From Beijerinckiaceae bacterium (lineage in GTDB: Bacteria; Pseudomonadota; Alphaproteobacteria; Rhizobiales; Beijerinckiaceae), in NCBI GenBank assembly GCA_036389455.1, contig DASVPW010000055.1:1-24000 (forward strand): a stretch of 24,000 nt of DNA, in the 5' to 3' direction. Position 1 is the stretch's first letter. Every line of letters starts with the position of its first letter. Position numbers and translations under genes: made by a program. Below, piece by piece: positions 14,229-21,205 of this stretch. The notes under the pieces are model-generated. The model saw only the letters and a program-made list of their open reading frames with translations. It was not told the DNA's origin and did no database searches.

Positions 14229-14969
14229 CTACTGCCCGCCCTCCCGCACCGAGCCGCCGTGTCCGAGCACCCGCTCGGCCTCGCGCACGACAATGCCGTA
14301 ACAGCCGCAGGAGCGGGCCTCGAGGCCGGGGCGGTCGGTGACGGTGATGAGCCCCCGTCCGGCGCGGACGAGCTTCTCGCCCTCGAGCTCGTGCAGCGCA
14401 ACCGTCACCCCGGCCCGGCGGACGCCGAGCATCAGGGCGAGGTACTCGTGGGTGAGCGGCACCCGGTCGTCGCTCATGCGGTCGTGGGCGAGGAGGAGCC
14501 AGCGCGCGAGGCGCTGCTCGATCGAGTGGCGGGCGTTGCAGGCGGCGGTCTGCGCCGCGAGGCAGGTGAAGACGTGGGCGAAGTTGAGGAGGAGGCGGCG
14601 CAGCGACGAGCTCTCGTTCATGACCCGCCGCAGCTCGGCGGAGGCGATCCGGTGCCCGTGCCCGCCGACCTGCATCAGCGACTCGTGGATGCCTCGGTCG
14701 GTGCCGAGGAGGATGGGCAGCCCGACGAGGCCCTCGCAGCCGGCGAGCCCGCATTCGACCGGACGGTCGTGCCCGGTGACGGCGACGTCGGAGGAGAGCC
14801 CCGCCTCCAGGAAGTAGACGTAGGGGATCGGCTCGTGCGGGCGCAGGAGGACGGTCCCCTGCGGCAGCTCAACCTTATCGAGGTATGGGGCGAGGCGTTC
14901 GAGATCGTGCGCCTCGAGCGCCACGAGCAGGCGGTTCTTGAACGGCGGCGACGCCGGGGCAGGACTCAC
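14229..14969 (-). CDS. Crp/Fnr-family transcriptional regulator
   Basis: 246 aa. N-terminal cNMP-binding-like beta-roll (VYFLEAGLSS...), C-terminal [32 protein letters not shown], and a SCGCYGIV tail common in Rhizobiales Crp-family paralogues. Confidence 0.8.
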   Translation of the reverse strand: MSPAPASPPFKNRLLVALEAHDLERLAPYLDKVELPQGTVLLRPHEPIPYVYFLEAGLSSDVAVTGHDRPVECGLAGCEGLVGLPILLGTDRGIHESLMQVGGHGHRIASAELRRVMNESSSLRRLLLNFAHVFTCLAAQTAACNARHSIEQRLARWLLLAHDRMSDDRVPLTHEYLALMLGVRRAGVTVALHELEGEKLVRAGRGLITVTDRPGLEARSCGCYGIVVREAERVLGHGGSVREGGQ

Positions 14970-15026
14970 GACCGGTTATCCGGAAATGCACGTCGTGGTA
15001 GGAACCCCGAATTCGTAGAAGGCTTC

Positions 15027-15040
15027 TTGCACCCCCGCAA
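15027..15040 (-). promoter_or_regulatory. FNR/CRP-type 14-bp palindrome TTGCA-N4-CGCAA upstream of the Crp/Fnr gene
   Basis: TTGCACCCCCGCAA at 15027-15040 is TTGC-N6-GCAA, perfect in the outer 4+4. It lies 58-71 nt upstream of the regulator start (14969). Functional assignment is inference. Confidence 0.3.
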
Positions 15041-15087
15041 GCAATCTGCGGGCCCCGGAGCCGCGGGGGCGGGATTTTTAGGCGAAA

Positions 15088-15109
15088 CCCGGCCCGATTC
15101 GGGGCCGGG
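15088..15109 (-). terminator. Putative intrinsic terminator of gshA
   Basis: Minus strand CCCGGCCC-cgaatc-GGGCCGGG is an 8-bp GC stem starting about 15 nt after the gshA stop, followed by TTTCGCCTAAAAAT. The U-tract is weak. Confidence 0.4.
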
Positions 15110-15124
15110 GTGCGATAGCGTACG

Positions 15125-16495
15125 CTAGAACACGCATTCCTCGAAGGCCGGCTCGACCGAGCCGCCCCAGGGGCCATGATAGCGGTCGAGGAGGTCTTGC
15201 GCCGCGGTCCTGCCCCGCGCCACGATGGCGTCGAGCGGGTCGAGGAAGTGGGTCTCGTCGCGCCCGGCAGCGTCGAGGCGGGCGCGCCGGCTCAGGCCCG
15301 AGCGCGAGAAGGCGAGGGCGTCGCGGGCGACGTCGCGCACCGGGCGGCCCGCGACCTGCGCCTCGAGGCCGAGGCGCGGCACGTCGGCGCGAAGCCGCTC
15401 GCGGTCCTCGCCGGTCCAGCCCTTGACGAGGTCCCAGGCCGCGTCGAGGGAGGCCTCGTCGTAGAGGATCCCGACCCAGAACGCGGAGAGCGCCGCGATG
15501 CGCTCCGGCGGGCCGACGTCGGCGCCGCGCATCTCGATGTAGCGCTTGAGGCGCACTTCCGGGAACAGCGTCGAGACGTGGTTCGCCCAATCCGAGCGGG
15601 TCGCGACCTCGCCGGGAAGCTCCGCGAGCCTGCCCGCCAGGAGGTCGCGGAACGAGGCGCCGGCGACGTCGTGGTAGGTGTCGTCGCGCTTGACGAAGTA
15701 CATCGGCACGTCGAGGGCCCAGTCCACATAGGCCTCGTAGCCGAAGCCGTCGTCGAAGGCTTGCGGCAGCATGCCGGCGCGCTCGTTGTCGGTGTCGCGC
15801 CAGATCTCGGAGCGCATCGACAGGAACCCGTTCGGGCGCCCGTCGGAGAAGGGCGAGTTGGCGAAGAGGGCCGTCGCGACCGGCTGCAGGGCGAGCGACA
15901 CGCGCAGCTTCCTCACCATGTCGGCCTCGGAGGCGTAGTCGAGGTTCACCTGCACGGTCGCCGTGCGGAACATCATGTCGAGGCCGCGCGAGCCGACCTT
16001 CGGCATGTAGTTGCGCATGATCGCGTAGCGCCGCTTCGGCATGAACGGCGTCTCGGCCCGGCTCCACTTCGGGCTCATGCCGAGGGTCAGGAAGCCCATG
16101 TCCATCGGCTCGGCGGCGCGCTTCACCTCGCCCATGTGCCGGGCGAACTCTTGGGCGGTCTCGTGGATGGTGGCGACCGGCGCGCCCGAGAGCTCGAACT
16201 GCCCGCCGGGCTCCAAGGAAATGGCGCCGCCGCCGTTGCCGTCGAAGAGGCCGATGATGTTGTTGCCGTCGAGGATCGGCTCCCAGCCGGTCTCGGCGCG
16301 CAGGCCGTCGAGGAGCGCCCGGATGCCGGCCTCGCCCTCGTACGGCACCGGCGCATGGGTCGCGCGGTAGAACGGGATCTTCTCGTGCTCGGTCCCGAGG
16401 CGCCAGGCGTCGCGGGGCTTCTCGCCTTCCGCGATCCAGGCCACGAGCTCGTCGCGCGCGCCGATGGGGGTCGCATCGGAAACGTCGCGGGCCAT
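15125..16495 (-). CDS. gshA: Glutamate--cysteine ligase (plant/alphaproteobacterial GCS2 type)
   Basis: 456 aa. RLGTEHEKIPF, ISLEPGGQFELSGAP, MFRTATVQVNLDY, EVRLKRYIEMRGAD and a C-terminal ...ECVF are characteristic of the GshA/GSH1 type found in alphaproteobacteria and plants. Confidence 0.9.
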   Translation of the reverse strand: MARDVSDATPIGARDELVAWIAEGEKPRDAWRLGTEHEKIPFYRATHAPVPYEGEAGIRALLDGLRAETGWEPILDGNNIIGLFDGNGGGAISLEPGGQFELSGAPVATIHETAQEFARHMGEVKRAAEPMDMGFLTLGMSPKWSRAETPFMPKRRYAIMRNYMPKVGSRGLDMMFRTATVQVNLDYASEADMVRKLRVSLALQPVATALFANSPFSDGRPNGFLSMRSEIWRDTDNERAGMLPQAFDDGFGYEAYVDWALDVPMYFVKRDDTYHDVAGASFRDLLAGRLAELPGEVATRSDWANHVSTLFPEVRLKRYIEMRGADVGPPERIAALSAFWVGILYDEASLDAAWDLVKGWTGEDRERLRADVPRLGLEAQVAGRPVRDVARDALAFSRSGLSRRARLDAAGRDETHFLDPLDAIVARGRTAAQDLLDRYHGPWGGSVEPAFEECVF

Positions 16496-16738
16496 GCGCT
16501 ACCTCGTCCGTGAGGCGCGCGTGAGCCAAACGGGCGCGCCAAGGTCCGCGCTACATATGGCCCCGGTCGCGGCCGTGCAATGCGGGTCCCGGTGCCGCCC
16601 GCAGTCCCGAATCTTGGTCGCCGAAGAGGAATGTTGCGTTGATGAAATATCCGACGACATCATCGCGAAACCGGGTGGGGCTAGTGTCCTCGATCGAAGG
16701 CCCCCTTGAGACCCCCATCCCACCGGCCTTCCGCCTCA

Positions 16739-16768
16739 ACGCCCGGTTCTGCCGGGCGTTTCTTTTTG
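16739..16768 (+). terminator. Strong plus-strand intrinsic terminator with no upstream plus-strand ORF (orphan)
   Basis: ACGCCCGG-ttctg-CCGGGCGT is a perfect 8-bp stem with a 5-nt loop, followed by TTCTTTTT. It lies 52 nt upstream of the PaaI thioesterase ATG, in the 325-bp gshA/paaI divergent intergenic region. Confidence 0.6.
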
Positions 16769-16820
16769 GCGGATCGGCCGGCTGCGGCCGTGCTATGCCT
16801 CCGCCGGAGGAGGCCCGAAG

Positions 16821-17210
16821 ATGCCGCGCGACTTCACCATGCCGTTCTCGGACCTCCTGGGCGTCGAGCTCGTCGAAGTGACGCCGGAGCGGGTCGTGGC
16901 GCGCCTCAAGGTGCGCCCCGAGCTGTGCACGCGGCCGGCCGTGCTCCACGGCGGGGCCGTGATGGCGCTCGCCGACACGCTGGGCGGGATCGCGACCGTG
17001 GCGAACCTCGGCGAGGGCCAGTGGACCACGACGATCGAGAGCAAGACCAACTTCCTGGCCGCCGTCCCCGAGGGAGAGGTCGCGACCGCGGAGTGCGCGG
17101 CGCTCCACCGCGGCAAGACCACCATGGTGTGGCAGACGAAGATCACCCGCGCCGACGGGCGCGTCGCCGCCTATGTGACCCAGACCCAGCTCGTCCTCTC
17201 CGGGAAGTGA
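16821..17210 (+). CDS. PaaI-family hotdog-fold thioesterase
   Basis: 129 aa. LLGVELVEV...RVVARL.V...C....VLHGGAVMALADTLGG...T.E.K.NFL is the classic PaaI/4HBT class II pattern. GGAGGAGG SD upstream. Confidence 0.85.
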   Translation: MPRDFTMPFSDLLGVELVEVTPERVVARLKVRPELCTRPAVLHGGAVMALADTLGGIATVANLGEGQWTTTIESKTNFLAAVPEGEVATAECAALHRGKTTMVWQTKITRADGRVAAYVTQTQLVLSGK

Positions 17211-17214
17211 TCCC

Positions 17215-17826
17215 TCAAGGCTCCGCCTCCCGCCGCTCCCGCCGTGCGGCCTCGAAGACCTCCCGCGCCGCGCCGGCGTTCATGAGCGCGATGGCGAGGC
17301 CGACGATGAGGTCCGGCCAGGCCGACAGGGTCCAGGCGGTGACGAGCCCCGCCGCCACGATCGCGACGTTGGCGGCGGCGTCGTTGCGGGCCGACAGGAA
17401 CGCGGCGCGGCTCAGGCTGCCGGCACGGCGGCGGAAGCGCGCGAGGAGGAGGGCGCAGGCGAGGTTGACGGCGAGCGCGCCGAGGCCCGTCAGCGACAGG
17501 GCGAGGGGCGCCGGCGGCATGGGCGCGTTGAACTTCTGCCAGGCGGTCCAGAGCGTCGCGAGGCCGGGCACGAGGAGGATGGCGGAAAGCGCCATGCCGA
17601 CCCTGGCGCGGGCGGCGGCGCTCCAGCCGAGCGCGGTCAGGATCAGCAGGTTGATCGAGGCGTCCTCGAGAAAATCGACGCTGTCGGCAAACAGCGACAC
17701 CGACCCGATCGCCGCCGCGACCGTGAACTCGACGCCGAAATAAGCGAGGTTGAGGGAGGCCACGACGGCGACGGCGCGTCTCAAGTCGTCGTCGTGGGTG
17801 CGGCGGACGTCCTCTGGAGCGGTCAC
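17215..17826 (-). CDS. Cation diffusion facilitator (CDF) family transporter, transmembrane domain only
   Basis: 203 aa, GTG start. LNLAYFGVEFTVAAAIGSVSLFADSVDFLEDA matches the TM2 metal-site motif and FLSARNDAAANVAIV matches TM5. There is no C-terminal cytoplasmic domain. Confidence 0.75.
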   Translation of the reverse strand: MTAPEDVRRTHDDDLRRAVAVVASLNLAYFGVEFTVAAAIGSVSLFADSVDFLEDASINLLILTALGWSAAARARVGMALSAILLVPGLATLWTAWQKFNAPMPPAPLALSLTGLGALAVNLACALLLARFRRRAGSLSRAAFLSARNDAAANVAIVAAGLVTAWTLSAWPDLIVGLAIALMNAGAAREVFEAARRERREAEP

Positions 17827-17892
17827 GGGATAGCACGGGGCGCCGGGCTGGCCGGGGCCGGACCCGGGGCGGCTTCCGGGATGACGTGCAAG

Positions 17893-17918
17893 GTCGCGTC
17901 CGCTCAGGCGGGCGCGAC
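17893..17918 (-). terminator. GC-rich hairpin 8 nt downstream of the 17926 gene stop (no U-tract)
   Basis: Plus strand GTCGCGTCCGC-tcag-GCGGGCGCGAC forms an 11-bp stem with one mismatch. No T-run follows on the minus strand, so it may be an RNA-stability or Rho-related element rather than a classical terminator. Confidence 0.3.
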
Positions 17919-17925
17919 CTTGGAG

Positions 17926-18717
17926 CTACTGCCGCTTCGCCGCGTCAGGTTCGTAGGCGGCAAGCGCGAGGAGCGGGGCCGGCATGTCGGCGCCGGCGCG
18001 GCGCAGCTTCTGGGCCGAGTCCCGGCAGGCCTGCCGGTCGCCGCCGCCGGCGGTGTCGCGGACCTGCTGCAGCGTCACGCCGCCGGCGAGCTTCGTGTCG
18101 GGGGAGGGGCCCGCCGGTGCCGCCGGCGGCGACCCGGCCTGAGGACCGCTGCCCGAGCCGGAGGCATGCGGGCTTGCGGCGGCCTCGGGCGCGGCGCCGG
18201 TCGAGACCGGGGCGGTCGTCGGAGCGCTGCCCTGCTGCGAACTCGTGTTCGTCGAGGTCGTAGGCCCCTGCGAGCCGCCCCCTTGCGTGCCGGTGTTCTG
18301 GCCGTCGGTGCGCGGCGGCTGGGTCGGCGCCTGCTGCTGCGAGCCGCCCTGCGGCGCCGGCTGCGCGGCGGCCTGCTGCTGCGGCTGGGCGGGAGGCTGG
18401 GCTTGGGCCGCCGCCGGAGCGGCGGGCTGGCCGGGCGCGGGCTTCGGCGGCTCGGCCGCCTTCTTCTCCGCATAGGCCAGGAGCTCCTTGCAGAGGTCGC
18501 CCGGCCCCGATGCCGCCTGCGCGGCCGGCTGGGCGGGAGCCGGGGCGGGCTGGGCGGCTGCGGCCGGGGCCGGCGAGGATGCCGGAGCCGCCGGGGCCGC
18601 CGCCTGCGGCTGCGCCGGCTGGTCCGCCGGCGGCGGGCTCGTCTGCGCGACCGCGGACGCCGCGACCAGCGCGGAAGAGCTCAAAAGGGCGGCGAATAGG
18701 GCTTGGCGCATCGTCAT
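17926..18717 (-). CDS. Secreted low-complexity Pro/Ala/Gln-rich protein (hypothetical)
   Basis: 263 aa. Signal peptide M(TM)RQALFAALLSSSALVAASAVAQ; a second ATG at 18711 has better SD spacing. Long PAQ-rich tracts, conserved-looking islands GDLCKELLAYAEKK and a C-terminal QACRDSAQKLRRAG. GC3-rich in this frame. The alternative frames are Arg-rich artefacts. Confidence 0.6.
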   Translation of the reverse strand: MTMRQALFAALLSSSALVAASAVAQTSPPPADQPAQPQAAAPAAPASSPAPAAAAQPAPAPAQPAAQAASGPGDLCKELLAYAEKKAAEPPKPAPGQPAAPAAAQAQPPAQPQQQAAAQPAPQGGSQQQAPTQPPRTDGQNTGTQGGGSQGPTTSTNTSSQQGSAPTTAPVSTGAAPEAAASPHASGSGSGPQAGSPPAAPAGPSPDTKLAGGVTLQQVRDTAGGGDRQACRDSAQKLRRAGADMPAPLLALAAYEPDAAKRQ

Positions 18718-18825
18718 CTCCCGGCGGGCTCAGATGTTGGTCGCGCGCGCCTTCGATCGGCACGCATCATGAAGCTCGAGCCCTTGGGCCCGAGTGTGCC
18801 CGCCCGAAAAAATCCCGGCAAGCGC

Positions 18826-18981
18826 TCAATTGCTGGCTTCGGCGGCGCAGATCAGGGCGAAGACGCCGACCACGGCGGCAAGCTCCACGAGGCTGCGCAG
18901 GACATAAGAATAATCGACGTGAGGCGCCAGCACGGCGATGGCCGCGAGCGCCAGCGCAAGGACACCGGCCCACAGAGCCAT
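18826..18981 (-). CDS. 51-aa two-TM small membrane protein (hypothetical), predicted EcfG-regulated
   Basis: Below the track cut-off. ATG preceded by GGGGAGGGAG. Product MALWAGVLALALAAIAVLAPHVDYSYVLRSLVELAAVVGVFALICAAEASN. A perfect EcfG-type promoter lies 55-79 nt upstream. Confidence 0.55.
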   Translation of the reverse strand: MALWAGVLALALAAIAVLAPHVDYSYVLRSLVELAAVVGVFALICAAEASN

Positions 18982-19035
18982 GGCTCCCTCCCCAACCGGC
19001 AGAACCGACGAAAGCTACGCATTCACCCGCGCGAG

Positions 19036-19060
19036 AACGCGCATCGCCCGGTTTGGTTCC
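19036..19060 (-). promoter_or_regulatory. Sigma-EcfG type promoter, GGAAC-N16-CGTT (minus strand)
   Basis: Minus-strand GGAAC (19060-19056), 16-nt spacer CAAACCGGGCGATGCG, CGTT (19039-19036). It begins 2 nt after the stop of the 88-aa ORF and lies upstream of the 51-aa ORF. Confidence 0.6.
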
Positions 19061-19061
19061 A

Positions 19062-19328
19062 TCAATGCTTGGGCGCGGGCGCGGGGGCGATCGAGGACAC
19101 CATGCTGGCGATCTCGTCGGCGAGACCCTGCCGGAACGCCGCCTCGTCCTCCGGCGGCATGTCGGTGAGCGGCACCCGCGCCGCGAACGACGAGCACAGG
19201 CCCGAGAAGCGCTCGGCCCAGGCCCGCATCTCCTCCGGGCTGCCGGAGCGCGCCTGGGCGAGGTCGGCCATCAGCCCGATGACGAGGATCTTCAACGCTC
19301 CGATCGTGACGACCTGCTGGTCGATCAT
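19062..19328 (-). CDS. Hypothetical 88-aa protein
   Basis: ATG preceded by GAGGAGGA. GC3-rich codons. Product MIDQQVVTIGALKILVIGLMADLAQARSGSPEEMRAWAERF... I recognise no family. Confidence 0.55.
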   Translation of the reverse strand: MIDQQVVTIGALKILVIGLMADLAQARSGSPEEMRAWAERFSGLCSSFAARVPLTDMPPEDEAAFRQGLADEIASMVSSIAPAPAPKH

Positions 19329-19566
19329 GGGGCATCCTCCTCGGGCGCTTCGGGCCGCCGTGGAGCCGCGGGTCTACCCATTCCGGCGCGCCGCCGGAGA
19401 GGCTTCCTGGAGTCTTGCGCGAGCCGGCAAGCCGCCTCGCCGCCTTCGAACCGCCACAGCTCCGCCGCGAAGCCTCCGCGATGCGGGTCCAAAGGGGCGG
19501 GACCTGAGGTTTCGAGACCCTTGGGTGGTTCATTGTCCGGACCGGCCTCCGGCCGGATGATCCTTC

Positions 19567-19599
19567 AGCCCCGTCCGCTCCAAGCGGCGGGGCTTTTTT
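19567..19599 (+). terminator. Strong plus-strand intrinsic terminator with no upstream plus-strand ORF (orphan)
   Basis: AGCCCCGtCCGC-tccaa-GCGGCGGGGCT gives about 11 bp with one bulge, followed by TTTTTT. Located in the 440-bp region between the minus-strand 88-aa ORF and the plus-strand ABC SBP gene, 170 nt before the SBP ATG. Confidence 0.65.
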
Positions 19600-19769
19600 C
19601 ATGGTGCGGGGCGGCCGGGCTCCGCCTCCCTGAAGGTCCGGTCGGGATTGCGCTTTCCTGGAAAAAGTCCAGGATACCGCGAACGGAAGATCCGTAAGGA
19701 CACGCTGACCGCACGGCTCGACCGGGCGGCAGCGGAGGATGGGACGAAACGTCAACGGGAGGAGAATCC

Positions 19770-21107
19770 ATGGCGAAACTGAAGGTCACGCGCCGCCGGT
19801 TCCTGCAGACGACCGCCGCGGCATCGACGCTCGTCGCGGCGCCGTTCGTGCGCGACGCCAACGCCGCCGGCAGCCTGTCGATCGGCTTTTGGGACCACTG
19901 GGTCCCGGGCGCCAACAAGGCCACAGAGGAGATCGTCCGGGCCTGGGCCGAGAAGGAAAAGGTCGACGTGAAGATGGACTTCATCACGTCGCAAGGGTTC
20001 AAGAACCTCCTGACGATCGCGGCCGAGGCGCAGGCGAAGGCCGGCCACGACATCTTCGCCTTCCCGACCTGGTATCCGCACGAGCACGCCGACAGCCTCG
20101 AGCCGGTCAACGACATCATGGCCGAGCTCATCAAGCAGAACGGCAACGTCAACGGCACCGTCGAGTACCTCGGCAAGTCCAAGGACAAGTGGCTCGCCGT
20201 TCCGGCGACGGTCGGCAGCCAGATCAAGGGGCCGTGCTCGCGCATCGACCTCATGAAGCAGCACGCCGGCATCGACGTGCAGGCCATGTACCCGGCGGGC
20301 AGCGCGCCGAAGGCCGACGACTGGACCCTCGACACCTTCCTGAAAGCCGCCGAGGCCTGCCACAAGGCGGGCGTGCCGTTCGGCATCGGGCTCGGCCAGA
20401 CGACGGACTCGGTCGACACGGCGGGCGCGATCTTCCAGAGCTTCGGCGCCGAGCTCGTCGGCAAGGACGGCAAGTTGACAGTGAAGTCCGACGCCGTCCG
20501 GCAGGCCATGGAGTACTACAAGAAGCTCGCCGCGGTCCTGCCGCCGGACGCGCCGGCCTGGGACGACGCCTCGAACAACAAGTGGCTGGTGTCGGGCCGC
20601 GGCGCCCTCATCTGCAACCCGCCGAGCGCCTGGGCGGTGGCGAAGCGCGACGCGCCGGACGTCGCGAAGCAGTGCTGGACCCACGGCATGCCGTCGGGCC
20701 CGAAGGGCCGCTTCGCGCCGTTCCTGCCCTACTTCTGGGGCATCTGGAACTTCTCCAAGAACAAGCCGGCGGCGAAAAGCGTGCTCGTCGCCCTGTCGCA
20801 GCCCGACGCCATCGCCAAGATGGTCGACGTGAGCGGCGGCTACGACCTGCCGGCCTACGAGAAGCTCACGACGCTCAAGACCTGGACCGAGGCCGAGCCG
20901 CCCAAGGGCACGCTCTACCACTACCCGAACCCGCACAACCACCAGACCCTGTCGATCGCCGCGGCGCCGGCCCCGCCCTCCGTCGCGAACCAGATCTACA
21001 ACCAGGCGGTCATGACCAAGATGGTCGTGCGCTTCCTCCAGGGCGAGGCGCTCGAGAAGACCCTCGCCTGGGCCGAGAGCGAGGTCGAAGGCTTCATGCG
21101 CGGCTAA
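19770..21107 (+). CDS. ABC transporter substrate-binding protein (family 1, carbohydrate type) with Tat-type signal
   Basis: 445 aa. MAKLKVTRRRFLQTTAAASTLVAAPFVRDANA is a twin-arginine signal. The rest has size and composition typical of sugar/oligosaccharide SBPs. GGGAGGAG SD upstream. Confidence 0.8.
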   Translation: MAKLKVTRRRFLQTTAAASTLVAAPFVRDANAAGSLSIGFWDHWVPGANKATEEIVRAWAEKEKVDVKMDFITSQGFKNLLTIAAEAQAKAGHDIFAFPTWYPHEHADSLEPVNDIMAELIKQNGNVNGTVEYLGKSKDKWLAVPATVGSQIKGPCSRIDLMKQHAGIDVQAMYPAGSAPKADDWTLDTFLKAAEACHKAGVPFGIGLGQTTDSVDTAGAIFQSFGAELVGKDGKLTVKSDAVRQAMEYYKKLAAVLPPDAPAWDDASNNKWLVSGRGALICNPPSAWAVAKRDAPDVAKQCWTHGMPSGPKGRFAPFLPYFWGIWNFSKNKPAAKSVLVALSQPDAIAKMVDVSGGYDLPAYEKLTTLKTWTEAEPPKGTLYHYPNPHNHQTLSIAAAPAPPSVANQIYNQAVMTKMVVRFLQGEALEKTLAWAESEVEGFMRG

Positions 21108-21118
21108 AGCCCGCGCTG

Positions 21119-21149
21119 CGCCGCCGCCCGTTCCCGGACGGGCGGCGCG
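21119..21149 (+). other. Intercistronic GC hairpin after the SBP gene
   Basis: CGCCGCCCG-ttcccgga-CGGGCGGCG is a 9-bp stem about 12 nt after the SBP stop, with no clean T-run. Such hairpins commonly stabilise the SBP segment of ABC operon mRNAs (inference). Confidence 0.4.
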
Positions 21150-21205
21150 TCCGTTTGCGCGGCGCGGGGAGAAAAACCTCGCGCCGTCATCCTTCGAGGT
21201 AGCCG

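Noticed and set aside
16464-16709. Plus-strand ORF (81 aa; internal ATG at 16557 gives 50 aa) ending 30 nt before the orphan terminator
   Set aside because: It overlaps the gshA start, has many A/T-ending codons atypical for this genome, and has no SD. A non-coding RNA interpretation is preferred.
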